The notes under the pieces were generated by a model. The model saw only the letters and a list, made by a program, of their open reading frames with translations, did no database searches and was not told the origin of the DNA. The position numbers were made by a program, and so were the translations under genes. A stretch of 64,000 nucleotides of DNA. Source: a virus. Below are positions 1-10,151 of this stretch, piece by piece. Every line of letters begins with the position of its first letter. The stretch's first letter is position 1. The stretch spans positions 6,173-70,172 of IMG/VR virus record IMGVR_UViG_3300047160_002873; one strand, 5' to 3'.

Positions 1-28
1 TCGACTTTTCCTGTGTTGGAGGCTGATC

Positions 29-1120
29 ATGGCTCTCGGCGACTTCTTTAGCACCAACCCCGCGACTACTACGCAGACGCAGAACTCGACGACGACGGCC
101 AACCCGTGGGCACCAGCTGCAGGCTTGCTGACCGGGCTTACTGACAAGTATGGCAACATCGACACGTCGCTGACTGGGCAGCAGAAGACGGCTGGCACCG
201 ACCTGTGGAATCAGGCTAGCTCTACCCCCAGCTACGGTGCGCAGGGGACTGGCGCGGTTAACAGTCTCTTCAACAACATGGGGATGATCCCATCGGCATA
301 TAGCACTTTGCAAAACAACTTCGCGGGCATCGCCAATCCAGCGAACCTTAACCCCTATCAGACGCCCGGCTTCAGCGATGCACTCAGCACTCTGACCAAC
401 AACATCACGAACTCGGTGAAGGGCACCTATGCCGCGGCAGGACGAGCGCCCAGTGGCGCAGGAACAATGCCGCAGACATTAGCGAGGGGCTTGATGCAGG
501 GTGAGGCTCCAATCCTGCAGAGCCAGTATAACACGAACGTCGGCAGCATGATGGGGGCGAACTCTATTCTGCAGAATGCCGGCATCAACACAGCGAACGC
601 GATGAGCGGCAATGTCATGTCGGCACTGCAGGCAGCCGGCATCTTGCCCCAAGTCTCAATGGCTCCGGGACAGGCGCAGTGGGGAGTAGCCAATCAGCTT
701 TATTCGCAACCGATCTCGAACGTCAATCAGGTGCTGTCGCCGGCCGCGACGCTCGGCGGCATGGGCGGTACGACGAACGCGACTGGCACGTCGACGGGGC
801 AGCAATACCCTGCGAGTAATGCGATGTCTAACATCCTCGGCGCTGCATCGGGCGGTCTCGGCATTGTGGGACAACTCGCGGCGCTCTCTGATCGCAGACT
901 TAAGACGGACATCAAGGACATCGGCCGCACGCACGACAATCAGAAAATTTACAGCTATCGCTTCAAGGGCTCTGCGACGCCGCAAGTCGGAATGATGGCC
1001 GACGAGGTCGAGAAGACCAACCCGCACGCTGTGACAGCCGATCCCACCGGCTTCAAGCGTGTGCGTTATGACCTAGCAACTCGGAAGGCTGCCAAGATGG
1101 GAATGCTGGCAGCCGCATAA
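29..1120 (+). CDS. DNA ejection/pilot protein with C-terminal Peptidase_S74-like intramolecular chaperone domain
   Basis: Low-complexity G/A/N/T/Q pilot-like body; C-terminal SDRRLKTDI...YSYRFKG...GMMADEVE...VRYD motif; GGAGG RBS. Confidence 0.7.
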   Translation: MALGDFFSTNPATTTQTQNSTTTANPWAPAAGLLTGLTDKYGNIDTSLTGQQKTAGTDLWNQASSTPSYGAQGTGAVNSLFNNMGMIPSAYSTLQNNFAGIANPANLNPYQTPGFSDALSTLTNNITNSVKGTYAAAGRAPSGAGTMPQTLARGLMQGEAPILQSQYNTNVGSMMGANSILQNAGINTANAMSGNVMSALQAAGILPQVSMAPGQAQWGVANQLYSQPISNVNQVLSPAATLGGMGGTTNATGTSTGQQYPASNAMSNILGAASGGLGIVGQLAALSDRRLKTDIKDIGRTHDNQKIYSYRFKGSATPQVGMMADEVEKTNPHAVTADPTGFKRVRYDLATRKAAKMGMLAAA

Positions 1121-1645
1121 ATGGAGGCTCTAATGCCCGGTGGTGCACCTGCTCCAATGCAATTCGCTCCTCTGCAATACGCCTCCGCGCCGACAACCGG
1201 CGGTCTGGGCCAGCAGATGTCAAACCTTGGCAAGGCACTTGGCAACAACCGAGGAGCCCTGCAAGGTCTTTTCAGCCAGTCTCCGGCAGCCATTGCGCCG
1301 GGCTCCCCGATTCCCGGGGCACAAGGACCAACCTCAGCCGGCGGCCCGCAGGGGCCCACACCTCTCGTACCTCCTCCCGGACAACCGCAGCCGGTACCGC
1401 CGGCGCCGGCACCGACACCACAGCCGGCACCGCCGGGCGTGACATTGCCGACACCCGGGAATCCCTATCCGATGCCATCTCCCGTGCAGGCCTTTGCATC
1501 GCAGAACAACCCGCAGGTGACGCTGGACTGGCTCCGGCGACTGACCCAGACGGGGCAAAGCATCACACCTCCCGGCATGCCGGGCTCGTTTGCCATGGGC
1601 AGCGCCGGTCTGCTGCCGACAAACCCGGGGTATACGGGAGGGTGA
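1121..1645 (+). CDS. Pro/Gly-rich hypothetical (putative ejection-module protein)
   Basis: 174 aa ORF abutting the previous stop, in the ejection cluster. Confidence 0.55.
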   Translation: MEALMPGGAPAPMQFAPLQYASAPTTGGLGQQMSNLGKALGNNRGALQGLFSQSPAAIAPGSPIPGAQGPTSAGGPQGPTPLVPPPGQPQPVPPAPAPTPQPAPPGVTLPTPGNPYPMPSPVQAFASQNNPQVTLDWLRRLTQTGQSITPPGMPGSFAMGSAGLLPTNPGYTGG

Positions 1646-1646
1646 G

Positions 1647-3599
1647 GTGCCCAACTATCTGCAGGACATGATCGATCGGTTGGGGATACAAGACCCGGTC
1701 TCCGGTGCGCTTATCTCGCCTGATGTTGGCAATCCCGATGTCTATCAGTCGCAGGAGGGCGCGCGGCCGGGCTCTCTGCTTGATCAGCTAACGCGGAAGC
1801 GAAGGCTCCCAGCTGATTGGATGCCATTGCCTCAGCCGGGACAGACGCCTCCTGCAGGTGCGCTCGACAAGTATCAGCCGCCTCAGCAGGCGCCAGCGTT
1901 CGGTGCTGGTGCCGGGATGTTGTTTCCGCCAACAGTCAATGGTCAGACTGCCGGTGGCTTGCCTCCGGAGATACCCACGGAAGCAGTCCCTATGGGTGGG
2001 ACACCGATGCCCACACCGCGACCTGCTACGGCACCACCGCCGGCGGGCAATCGTGAGGCCGATGGTTCAGCTGCGGCTAAGCCTCCGGGCGATCCGACAG
2101 ATATCCGGACTGATGTTGCGAAGGGCGCCGTGGGCGCGGATGGGCGTCCTACCACCATGCAGGCAGATGGCGAGCAACAGGGCGGTGGTCCGCTCGGTGG
2201 GTTCGGCGACTGGCTCGGCAAACATTCAAACACGCTGCTGGCAATGGGTGCCGGCCTGCTCGGGGCGCCGACACTGGCGCAGGGGCTCTCGCGTGGCTTC
2301 GCATATGCTGGCCCGGCAGGTCAGGCTGATATCGCACGGCAGACGCAGCTGGGCGGTCAGCAGGCGACCTATAACGCATTACGCACCGCGGGCGTGCCGC
2401 ATGATCTCGCGGTTGCCGGGGCCACTAACCCGAAGGTGATGGACAAGCTGATGGAGAGCTACGTCACCGGCAACAAATATGCTGTTCACGACCTAGAGAC
2501 CACCAACTCATGGGGCGAGAAGACCAAGACGCCCATTGTCTATGACGAGCGCGATCCGTCGAAGGCCTACTATCTCCAGACAGGTCAGCCGGTGAATCCG
2601 AATGCCGGGACTGTCGGGCCGAGGACTGGCACGGCCGTACAGGGGCCGAATGGCGTATTCACTGTCCAAGGCGGCGAGGGTGGTGGTCAGGCTCCTGCAG
2701 CCGCTGGTGGCGGGCAAACTGGTGGTGCACCGGCACAGGCGCCATCGACATTCTATGCGCCGGGTGTCAGTGACGAGAACTACCGGGAAGACCTGCCTCC
2801 CGAGGACTACATCAAGCAGTTCACTCCCAGCACGCAGCAGGCGATCAAGGATCGCGTCAATGGGCTGATGCCGATCTCGGCAGCGACCGGCCGAGGGTCT
2901 GGGCCCGCGCAGCGGCTGCAGCGGGCGGCTGAGCTATATGGTGCACTGTCGGGAACGCCAATGGACTCCGCCTCAGTGGCGCAGCGCAGGGAGTGGGCGA
3001 CCAGCATTGCCAATACCAAGAGTGGCGTAGGCCTGCAGGCGAAGGGCTTCCAGCAGGGGCTGGAGCACATGGCTGCGCTCAGCGACAAGTGGGTGAAGGC
3101 GCACCAGTCTGGTGGCATGAACATCGAGGCTCTGGCGAGGCTCCGCAATCGCGCTATCACCTCCAAGCAGACGGAAATTTACAACGGCATCATCAACGAT
3201 GCGGGCAAGGTAGCCGGCGAGGTCGGCAAGCTGTTCTCCTCGGGCGGCACAGGTCACGAGCGACAGGAGACACAGGCACTGCTGGGCGACACGAGGATGT
3301 CTGGCAGAGCGGCGGCTGGTGCGATGGAATCGACGCTCGATCTCATGATGGGCGGGCTGCGACCACTGGAAGGCCGGCGCGACCAGCTATTCCCCGCCGG
3401 CAATGCGCCACGAGGTTCGGTGTTCATGGGGCCAGCCGAGGAAGCAAACATTGCGAAGATCAGGAAGAACCTTGCCATTCTGCGTGGCGAGCCGGGTGCG
3501 GTACCGGCAGCTGCGGCGCCAGCTGCGGCGCCTACTCCGACAAAGCCGGGCGGGCGCTACGTCTATGATCCGAATACCAAAACGATGGTGCTGCAGTGA
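1647..3599 (+). CDS. Putative internal virion/ejection protein
   Basis: Long ORF; likely GTG start at 1647 right after the upstream TGA; Gly/Pro/Ala-rich; ejection cluster position. Confidence 0.6.
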   Translation: MPNYLQDMIDRLGIQDPVSGALISPDVGNPDVYQSQEGARPGSLLDQLTRKRRLPADWMPLPQPGQTPPAGALDKYQPPQQAPAFGAGAGMLFPPTVNGQTAGGLPPEIPTEAVPMGGTPMPTPRPATAPPPAGNREADGSAAAKPPGDPTDIRTDVAKGAVGADGRPTTMQADGEQQGGGPLGGFGDWLGKHSNTLLAMGAGLLGAPTLAQGLSRGFAYAGPAGQADIARQTQLGGQQATYNALRTAGVPHDLAVAGATNPKVMDKLMESYVTGNKYAVHDLETTNSWGEKTKTPIVYDERDPSKAYYLQTGQPVNPNAGTVGPRTGTAVQGPNGVFTVQGGEGGGQAPAAAGGGQTGGAPAQAPSTFYAPGVSDENYREDLPPEDYIKQFTPSTQQAIKDRVNGLMPISAATGRGSGPAQRLQRAAELYGALSGTPMDSASVAQRREWATSIANTKSGVGLQAKGFQQGLEHMAALSDKWVKAHQSGGMNIEALARLRNRAITSKQTEIYNGIINDAGKVAGEVGKLFSSGGTGHERQETQALLGDTRMSGRAAAGAMESTLDLMMGGLRPLEGRRDQLFPAGNAPRGSVFMGPAEEANIAKIRKNLAILRGEPGAVPAAAAPAAAPTPTKPGGRYVYDPNTKTMVLQ

Positions 3600-6181
3600 C
3601 TGTCACTGTAACCGGACCAGACAATTCGACGTTCGAGTTTCCTGACGGTACCCCGCAGGAGACCATCACCTCCATGCTGGGGCAGCACTATGGCGCCGGG
3701 CCCGCTACGCCTGCTGTCCCCAAGCCATCCGGCGAGGATGTTTCCGCGATCTCGGCGGCGGAGGCTCTTCCCATTGTTGGAGCCTATTCGGACAAGGCTG
3801 CAGCATGGCTTCGCTCCAAGACTCGTGGTGGCACGACAGCCGAGAACCTCGCCCAGATACAGGGAGACGTTGCCAACTATCGGCGACAGCATCCGATTCA
3901 GAGCACGGCGGGAGACCTCGCCATAGGCTCACTGCCCTATGTGGCACTTGGCGGCTTCGGACCGGCTGCGCGGGCTCTCGGGATGGTTGGCAAGGCTTCC
4001 GAGGCGATCCCTCTGGCGGCCGGCACTGGCGGCCTCATAGGTGGCTTGGATGCTGCGGCTCGGGGTGAAGACCCACATACTGGTGCGATAGTTGGTGCTC
4101 TTACCGGGGCTGGTGGCGTTGCGGCCGGCAAGGCTGTGGGGCGTGTCTGGGATGCGGCGCGCGGCATGTTTGTCGACCGGCCGCGCATCCCCAACACGAT
4201 CGACGTCAATGGGCGTCCGATCCCCGTCAGCGAATCGACTATCACCCGCAACCCAATGACCGCGGCCGAGGAGCAGGGCATGCTGGGCACGCAGGTGCCG
4301 GCTGCCGTAGAGGCTGAGGGCAATACCCGGGCTGCGATGCAGCAGGCGCATGATGACCTGAACGATCGGCTTCGCACACCAGTCGGACCCATTGACCCCA
4401 ACGCGCCACCATCCGCAACGCCACAGCAGGCCGGCGGGGCGGCAGTCGGCGATCTCGTGGCGCAGGAGCAGCAGCGCACGGCAGATGAGGTGGCGAGGCT
4501 GGCAGGTCTACGGACTGATACCCAGACCTTGACGCGCGATCTTGGCGGAGGCATTGCCGGTCCGGCCCAGCCGCAGGATGTCGGCACCTCGATCGGGCAG
4601 CGCATCCGCGATCTCTTCACGACTGCACGGCAGGCTACCCGCACGGCCTATCGGGCAGCTGCGAACTTGCCAGCGAGTTACAACCCTCGTTTTATGTACA
4701 ATGCAGGGCGCATCATCCGCACAGCACTCGATACCGGGCCTATCGAGAGCCGGGTCAGGATCAACCCTGCCACTACTCCGCAGGCGCAGGCCGCTCTCGA
4801 CATGATCGATCAGGAGATCGGCCAATTACGGTTCACGAATGCGGCTGGCGACCGAGCAGAACCGGGTCTTCCCGCCCCGGTCCGGCCTATTACGCCTGCT
4901 GATATGGAGCAGATTCGCAAGGGCCTCGTGATCATGCGTCGGCAGGCCAACAATGCGGCGCGGACGTCCGGCAACTGGGAGGATGCCCGCGCCATTGGTC
5001 GTGTGATCGATGGGTTTGATGCATGGGAGCAGGCGACGGCGACAAGGCCCGGAGGTCTTCTCACCGGAGACCCGGCAGATGTTGTCGCCACCCGGCAGGC
5101 GGCTCGGGCCGCGCATGCGCAGGAGCGCGCCACCTTCTCCCGGCGAGGCCCGGGCGACGTGGTCGGCACGTTCATGGAGAATGTGGTCGGCAAGTATCCC
5201 GGGCAGGAGATGAGCCCGGAAAAGATCGTGCGCTCGCTCTTGGGAGCGCCCGGTAGTGCTCCGCCAGAGAATGCCGTGCCGATCCTCAACCATCTTCGCG
5301 ACAACGTGTTCGGCGCCAACAGCCCTGAGTGGGCATCAATCAAGCGCTCGGTGGTGCAGCACCTGACCGAGGCTCCCGCGGGTGCCGAGCCACTGTCAGA
5401 ACTAAGGCAGGCGCAGCAGATAGAGCGCTTCCTCGACAACGATCGACATGCCGGCGCTCTCTTCGATGCGGGAGAGCAGGCTCGGCTGCAGCAGCATGCC
5501 GATTCTCTGCGCGCGGCTCGTGATGAGCCAGCAGCGAGGGGCACCATGGCGCAAAGGCTCGACGTGCTCTCTGGCAGGATCACCGGGGAAGGCGGCACCC
5601 CCGACATGGTCATCAGCGACCTGCTCGGGCAGCGTGGCGGGCAATTAGCGGCAGCCCTGCGTGACCGCATCTCGCCGGAGTCGTGGGTGCAGCTGAAGCA
5701 GGGACTGCTTAAGAAGGCGATTGCCGGACCAGACGGGGCGATCCCGTGGGGCGATCAGAAGATTGGCAACAAGATCGCAGACTTTCTCACCAAGGATGTA
5801 GTGCGCGAGATGTATTCGCCGCAGGAAATTGCGATGATCAAACGGCTTGGCGACGCGCACATCCAGCTTATTCCTCCGCCGAGGACCACGAACCCCTCGG
5901 GCTCGGGTTATGAGTTGAAGCGCGCCGCCAAGACAATGTTCAAGACCATCCTCGCGACCATTGGTGTGACGACGCACGGTCTGCCGGGGTTGGCGGGAGC
6001 AAAGGCGGCCGGCGAGGCGATCGACAGGTATGGCGCATGGCAGCAGGGACAAAGAGCGAAAGACCTATTCCAAGGCTATCGGACGCAGCTGCCGCGGCAG
6101 GGTGCGCGCATCCCGCCGGCATTCGGAGCCCTTGGTGGTGCGACACTGAGGCCGGCGATCACTGATCAGGCTTCCCAGTAG
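3596..6181 (+). CDS. Large internal virion/ejection protein
   Basis: 861 aa; GTGA overlap; N-terminal GPDNSTFEFPDGTP motif and Gly/Ala hydrophobic segments typical of podovirus ejection proteins. Confidence 0.65.
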   Translation: MTVTVTGPDNSTFEFPDGTPQETITSMLGQHYGAGPATPAVPKPSGEDVSAISAAEALPIVGAYSDKAAAWLRSKTRGGTTAENLAQIQGDVANYRRQHPIQSTAGDLAIGSLPYVALGGFGPAARALGMVGKASEAIPLAAGTGGLIGGLDAAARGEDPHTGAIVGALTGAGGVAAGKAVGRVWDAARGMFVDRPRIPNTIDVNGRPIPVSESTITRNPMTAAEEQGMLGTQVPAAVEAEGNTRAAMQQAHDDLNDRLRTPVGPIDPNAPPSATPQQAGGAAVGDLVAQEQQRTADEVARLAGLRTDTQTLTRDLGGGIAGPAQPQDVGTSIGQRIRDLFTTARQATRTAYRAAANLPASYNPRFMYNAGRIIRTALDTGPIESRVRINPATTPQAQAALDMIDQEIGQLRFTNAAGDRAEPGLPAPVRPITPADMEQIRKGLVIMRRQANNAARTSGNWEDARAIGRVIDGFDAWEQATATRPGGLLTGDPADVVATRQAARAAHAQERATFSRRGPGDVVGTFMENVVGKYPGQEMSPEKIVRSLLGAPGSAPPENAVPILNHLRDNVFGANSPEWASIKRSVVQHLTEAPAGAEPLSELRQAQQIERFLDNDRHAGALFDAGEQARLQQHADSLRAARDEPAARGTMAQRLDVLSGRITGEGGTPDMVISDLLGQRGGQLAAALRDRISPESWVQLKQGLLKKAIAGPDGAIPWGDQKIGNKIADFLTKDVVREMYSPQEIAMIKRLGDAHIQLIPPPRTTNPSGSGYELKRAAKTMFKTILATIGVTTHGLPGLAGAKAAGEAIDRYGAWQQGQRAKDLFQGYRTQLPRQGARIPPAFGALGGATLRPAITDQASQ

Positions 6182-6333
6182 GGCAGCTGGCTGAGCAGCA
6201 GGAGGATGATCAGGAGCAGGATGCCCGGGAGTATCCCTTGGCTGTCGACAAACCACCGGGCAAAGGCGTGCCACGCGTGAGCGAAGAGAACTATCGCGGC
6301 TAGGCAGAGGAAAAATAAAAGGCGCACTATCAT
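6166..6333 (-). CDS. Small antisense membrane protein (55 aa), candidate superinfection-exclusion protein
   Basis: Translated by hand: MIVRLLFFLCLAAIVLFAHAWHAFARWFVDSQGILPGILLLIILLLLSQLPYWEA. It fills the intergenic gap and has two hydrophobic segments. Below the ORF-track cutoff. Confidence 0.6.
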   Translation of the reverse strand: MIVRLLFFLCLAAIVLFAHAWHAFARWFVDSQGILPGILLLIILLLLSQLPYWEA

Positions 6334-7117
6334 GGATGCTCAGGGGTACTACCAGAGTGTTGAGGATGCGATCAACAAAAGCGCGGCTGTCGCTGGCATG
6401 GACCCGGCACACTGGCGCGCTGTTGCTTCGATCGAAAGCTCGATCAACCCACAGAGCAACCGATATGAGGGCACTCAATTCAAGGGACTGTTTCAGCTTG
6501 GGAACGCAGTGTGGCATGACCATGGCGGGGGCGACATCTACAACCCCATGGACAATGCGATGGCTGCGGCAAGATACGCCCGCGCCAACTCCAACATCTT
6601 CAGGGCCCAGTTTGGCCGCGATCCGACTCCGACCGAGATATACCTGATGCATCAGCAGGGGCCCGGCTTCTACACAAAGGGCACGATGTCCAATATTGCC
6701 GGCAATCCCTATGCGAAGGGCATGGTCGCCTCCGAGCAGACGCCGCAATCATTCGAAGCAGGCTGGTCTAAAAACTTGGAAGCAAAGGCAGCAGCCGGAG
6801 GCGGGACCATCACGCCATATCAGCAGAGCGTGGCCGGCACGAGAGGTGGCGGTGGCGGTATGCCGGCCGGCGCAGCTGCAGGGCCAGCTGCGTCGACCGA
6901 GACCCCTGACGGTGATACAACTGGAGGCCTTGGAGCGGGGCTGGCAGCCGTTCAAGACAGGATCGCAAAACAGGATCAGGCAAACCAACCGCCGCCGCTG
7001 CAGCCGATGCAGATGGCGCAGCCGATGATGACACCCGCGATGTACAGGGCACGATTGATGGCGCAAGCCATGCTCAACAGGGACATGGGTATCACGCCGC
7101 CGGAGACACCATCATGA
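6332..7117 (+). CDS. Virion-associated lytic transglycosylase (SLT domain)
   Basis: AVASIESS catalytic Glu motif, KGLFQL, YNPMDNAMAAARY, YLMHQQG; low-complexity C-terminus. Confidence 0.85.
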   Translation: MDAQGYYQSVEDAINKSAAVAGMDPAHWRAVASIESSINPQSNRYEGTQFKGLFQLGNAVWHDHGGGDIYNPMDNAMAAARYARANSNIFRAQFGRDPTPTEIYLMHQQGPGFYTKGTMSNIAGNPYAKGMVASEQTPQSFEAGWSKNLEAKAAAGGGTITPYQQSVAGTRGGGGGMPAGAAAGPAASTETPDGDTTGGLGAGLAAVQDRIAKQDQANQPPPLQPMQMAQPMMTPAMYRARLMAQAMLNRDMGITPPETPS

Positions 7118-8208
7118 AGCGAACGCTCGGAATACTCGGTCTATTCATCCTGTGTGCTATCGGCGCGCAGGTCGCTGTCGAGGGGGCGAAGGCAGCCTTC
7201 TGGCAGTGGTCGACATCCTCGACCAGTAACGGCAACAGCGACCCGACGATCTCATGGGTCGAAGGAATGCCGCCGTCAGTGGTGAATGACAGCGGGCGAG
7301 CGATGATGGCTCGGCTCGCCGAGCAGGCGGCTGATACATCTGGTCAACTGACGACAGCCGGCGGTCCCGTCGCTTTCACGGTATCGAGCAATCAAGGCTT
7401 CCCCAATCCTCCGCAGAACGGTCAGGTGATTGGGGTGATGTTCAATGTGAACAGCGGAGCAAGCCCTACGCTGTCGGTCGATGGAGGCGCGGCGATCCCG
7501 ATTGACGCAAGCATCGGTACGCCTGCCTCTGTCGGTCCGGGCGCTCCCACTAGCTTGGTCTACAATGCGGCGAATAGTATCTGGCTGATCCGTGGCGGCG
7601 GCGGTGGTGGCACTCCGCTCGGCAGTGTCGTCGCCTATACAGGCACCACGGCGCCGGCAGGCTATGTGTTCGCTGATGGCTCCTGCCTCTCGACTACGAC
7701 CTTTGCGACCTATTGGGTTCTGATCGGCAGTCCGGCACCGGGCGCCTGTGGCGCAGGTCAGTTCAAGATAATCGATCTCCGCGGCTATGTGCTGGCTGGG
7801 CTTGATACCATGCCGGGAGGCAGCCCTGCAGGGCGACTGACGTCGGCTGCGACCGGATGCGGTACGGCAATGACTGTCGTCGGGGCTGCCTGCGCAACGC
7901 ACGAGTCTCATATCATGACTGTTGCGGAGTTGGCGATCCATGATCACTACGCGCCTATCACCGATCCGACGCATACCCATCCTGTTGGCGGCCAGATTGC
8001 CTACATCAGCGGTGTTTCCGGCTATGGTGTCGGCAATGGCGGTGTGCTGGGTCAGTATTACAATTCGGCCATCACTGTCTCCGCTGCTGCGACGGGGGTT
8101 TATGTTAACGGTGCCGCAGCGAACTACACCTCCAACACGGGCAGCAGCACTCCGATGCCTGCGATGGGGCCAACGATCGGCGTGATCTACATCATTCGGG
8201 TGCTGTGA
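7114..8208 (+). CDS. Tail fibre protein with tail-collar domain and N-terminal signal-peptide-like leader
   Basis: PLGSVVAYTGTTAPAGYVFADG...IDLRG collar motif, His-rich HDH/HTH needle, C-terminal YIIRVL; leader MKRTLGILGLFILCAIG...AKA. Confidence 0.8.
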   Translation: MKRTLGILGLFILCAIGAQVAVEGAKAAFWQWSTSSTSNGNSDPTISWVEGMPPSVVNDSGRAMMARLAEQAADTSGQLTTAGGPVAFTVSSNQGFPNPPQNGQVIGVMFNVNSGASPTLSVDGGAAIPIDASIGTPASVGPGAPTSLVYNAANSIWLIRGGGGGGTPLGSVVAYTGTTAPAGYVFADGSCLSTTTFATYWVLIGSPAPGACGAGQFKIIDLRGYVLAGLDTMPGGSPAGRLTSAATGCGTAMTVVGAACATHESHIMTVAELAIHDHYAPITDPTHTHPVGGQIAYISGVSGYGVGNGGVLGQYYNSAITVSAAATGVYVNGAAANYTSNTGSSTPMPAMGPTIGVIYIIRVL

Positions 8209-8498
8209 TGATCATCGAGACAGTGCACGGTCTGCGAAGGACCACTTGGCGTGCGAAACTTATCCGCACCGATCCGGGGCTGGTGATGGCTGCCGGGACT
8301 GTGACGTCAACGAATGTGCAGGATGCCACAAACCAGATAGCGGCCTTGTCGACGACTGCTACGACCAGCGGCACGCTCGTCAATACTAACGTGCAGCTGT
8401 CGATCGATGAACTGATCGCGGCCATCGTAGCTGCAGACATTCCGACTATCGGCACCCACGACCACGATGTGCTGGCTCAGATCGCAGCGGCGCTATAA
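8205..8498 (+). CDS. Hypothetical protein
   Basis: 97 aa ORF overlapping the upstream stop. Confidence 0.55.
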   Translation: MMIIETVHGLRRTTWRAKLIRTDPGLVMAAGTVTSTNVQDATNQIAALSTTATTSGTLVNTNVQLSIDELIAAIVAADIPTIGTHDHDVLAQIAAAL

Positions 8499-8513
8499 AT
8501 AGGAGGTACAGGC

Positions 8514-9551
8514 ATGAAGATAGTGATCAGCTCAGGTCATGGGCTTTACATCAGGGGAGCCTCTGGCCCGGCTCCATGGGGCTTGGACGAGGTCGACGAG
8601 GTCAGAAAAATAGTAGACGATGTAGCGCCCCGGCTCAGAGAGCTTGGCGTCGAAGTAGTTGTCTATCATGACGACGTTAGTGTCGAGCAGAACGAAAATT
8701 TGCACCGCATAGTGGACTACCATAATAACCAAGGGCCTCACGATATAGACTGCTCTGTGCACCTAAACGCGTACGAACCCACGGAAGGGGCCCGCGGTTG
8801 TGAGGTGCTATACGTGACGCAGAACTCTCTCGCTGAAGACCTAGCGGCGACAATGTCGGAGGCGGCGGGCTTCACAAACCGGGGGGCAAAGCACAGGGAC
8901 GATCTCTTCTTCCTGAATCAGTGCTTGGCACCAGCTGTGCTTTTGGAGGTGCTGTTCTGCGATGCCATGGAAGACATCGACTGCTACCACGCCAACTATG
9001 ATGAACTGATCGACGCCATTGCCACTACGCTGGCTGGGCATGACTTTGATGAGGATGAACCCGACGAGAATGAAACCGACCGGGAGGACGAACTTGAGGA
9101 GTTGGAGCTGGGCGGGAGGGTCGGCGAGGTCACTGTCCACGAGGTAGGGAAGTGCAGCCACTTCGGGGGCCCCGAGGACATGGGCGTAGATAGTGACGAA
9201 GGGCTCGCCTTCCACTACGAGGTCACGCCAGAGAATGAGCACCTGTTCCTCCCGGAACAGCCTCCCGGGACTACAGGACTCGCCCGGCGCCTAGACCCGT
9301 CAAGGTTCTACTTTGCCATCCGATTCGACTATGAGCTGACCCCGAAGACGATGCTCGCAGACCCCACGATTCGCGGGCTGGTGAAGGCTCAGAAGACTGG
9401 CAGGATGGCAATGGCATGGCCGGCAGATTGGGGGCCACACGAGGATACCGGCAGAAGCGCAGATATCAGCCCCGGACTGATGGAGTTTTTAGGCATAACC
9501 ACTGACGATATCGTGGAAATTACATACCCTGCGCAAGTGCTGGTCTCATGA
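8514..9551 (+). CDS. Endolysin: N-acetylmuramoyl-L-alanine amidase (Amidase_3) plus C-terminal double-psi beta-barrel-like domain
   Basis: SSGHG, E, SVHLNA and LLEVLF Zn-amidase motifs; acidic linker; ADWGP...ADISP DPBB/RlpA-like motif; AGGAGG RBS. Confidence 0.85.
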   Translation: MKIVISSGHGLYIRGASGPAPWGLDEVDEVRKIVDDVAPRLRELGVEVVVYHDDVSVEQNENLHRIVDYHNNQGPHDIDCSVHLNAYEPTEGARGCEVLYVTQNSLAEDLAATMSEAAGFTNRGAKHRDDLFFLNQCLAPAVLLEVLFCDAMEDIDCYHANYDELIDAIATTLAGHDFDEDEPDENETDREDELEELELGGRVGEVTVHEVGKCSHFGGPEDMGVDSDEGLAFHYEVTPENEHLFLPEQPPGTTGLARRLDPSRFYFAIRFDYELTPKTMLADPTIRGLVKAQKTGRMAMAWPADWGPHEDTGRSADISPGLMEFLGITTDDIVEITYPAQVLVS

Positions 9552-9781
9552 CAAAAATCGTCCTCGCGTTCCTGCTGGCTCACAGCTGGTATCCCAGTGA
9601 ATGCTGCAACGGGGCAGACTGCAGGCCTGTCCCCTGTGATCAGCTCGCAATCGACGGCTCCAGCGCAAAATGGGGCAATGGTCCCGCTCGTCAGCTCCGG
9701 GTCAGCCCTGACGGAGACTGCCATGTCTGCATGCACAATGAAGCGACCCTCTGCATCTTCGTCCCTGAGAAGCTGTCGTAG
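9548..9781 (+). CDS. Small Cys-rich protein (HSWYPxECC motif) with hydrophobic N-terminus
   Basis: 77 aa, 7 Cys, ATGA overlap with the endolysin. Confidence 0.6.
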   Translation: MTKIVLAFLLAHSWYPSECCNGADCRPVPCDQLAIDGSSAKWGNGPARQLRVSPDGDCHVCMHNEATLCIFVPEKLS

Positions 9782-9782
9782 G

Positions 9783-10151
9783 CTAGTTGCCGAGCTTCCT
9801 GAGGCGTTTTTTGTAGCTGACGTGGTTGGCGTACTGGTTGGGCCGGATCGGCTTCCACGGCTTCGCTATGAGCCCCTCGCGTATCCTCCGCTGGCGGATG
9901 CGCTCCAGCTTCTCCGCGGCCAGATCGGTCGAGGTGGGCAGCTTCCGGCCGCCCCTGACGTGCTTATGGCGCTTTCGTTCCTTTATCTTGAGGACGGTGT
10001 GGATGTTAAGCCCAAGCTGTAGGGCTATCCGCTGGGCGAGGCCTCGGGTGCCGAGACGGAACCCGGCGTTCTGGCGCTCCCGGCGATCCTGATTGACGAT
10101 GTCCTTGATCAGAGCCACGAGGGGCTCTGGCGTCGGCACTCGCATTGTCAT
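9783..10151 (-). CDS. Basic putative HTH DNA-binding protein
   Basis: Start via ATGA overlap at 10151; LAQRIALQLGLNIHTVLKI HTH-like segment. Confidence 0.5.
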   Translation of the reverse strand: MTMRVPTPEPLVALIKDIVNQDRRERQNAGFRLGTRGLAQRIALQLGLNIHTVLKIKERKRHKHVRGGRKLPTSTDLAAEKLERIRQRRIREGLIAKPWKPIRPNQYANHVSYKKRLRKLGN

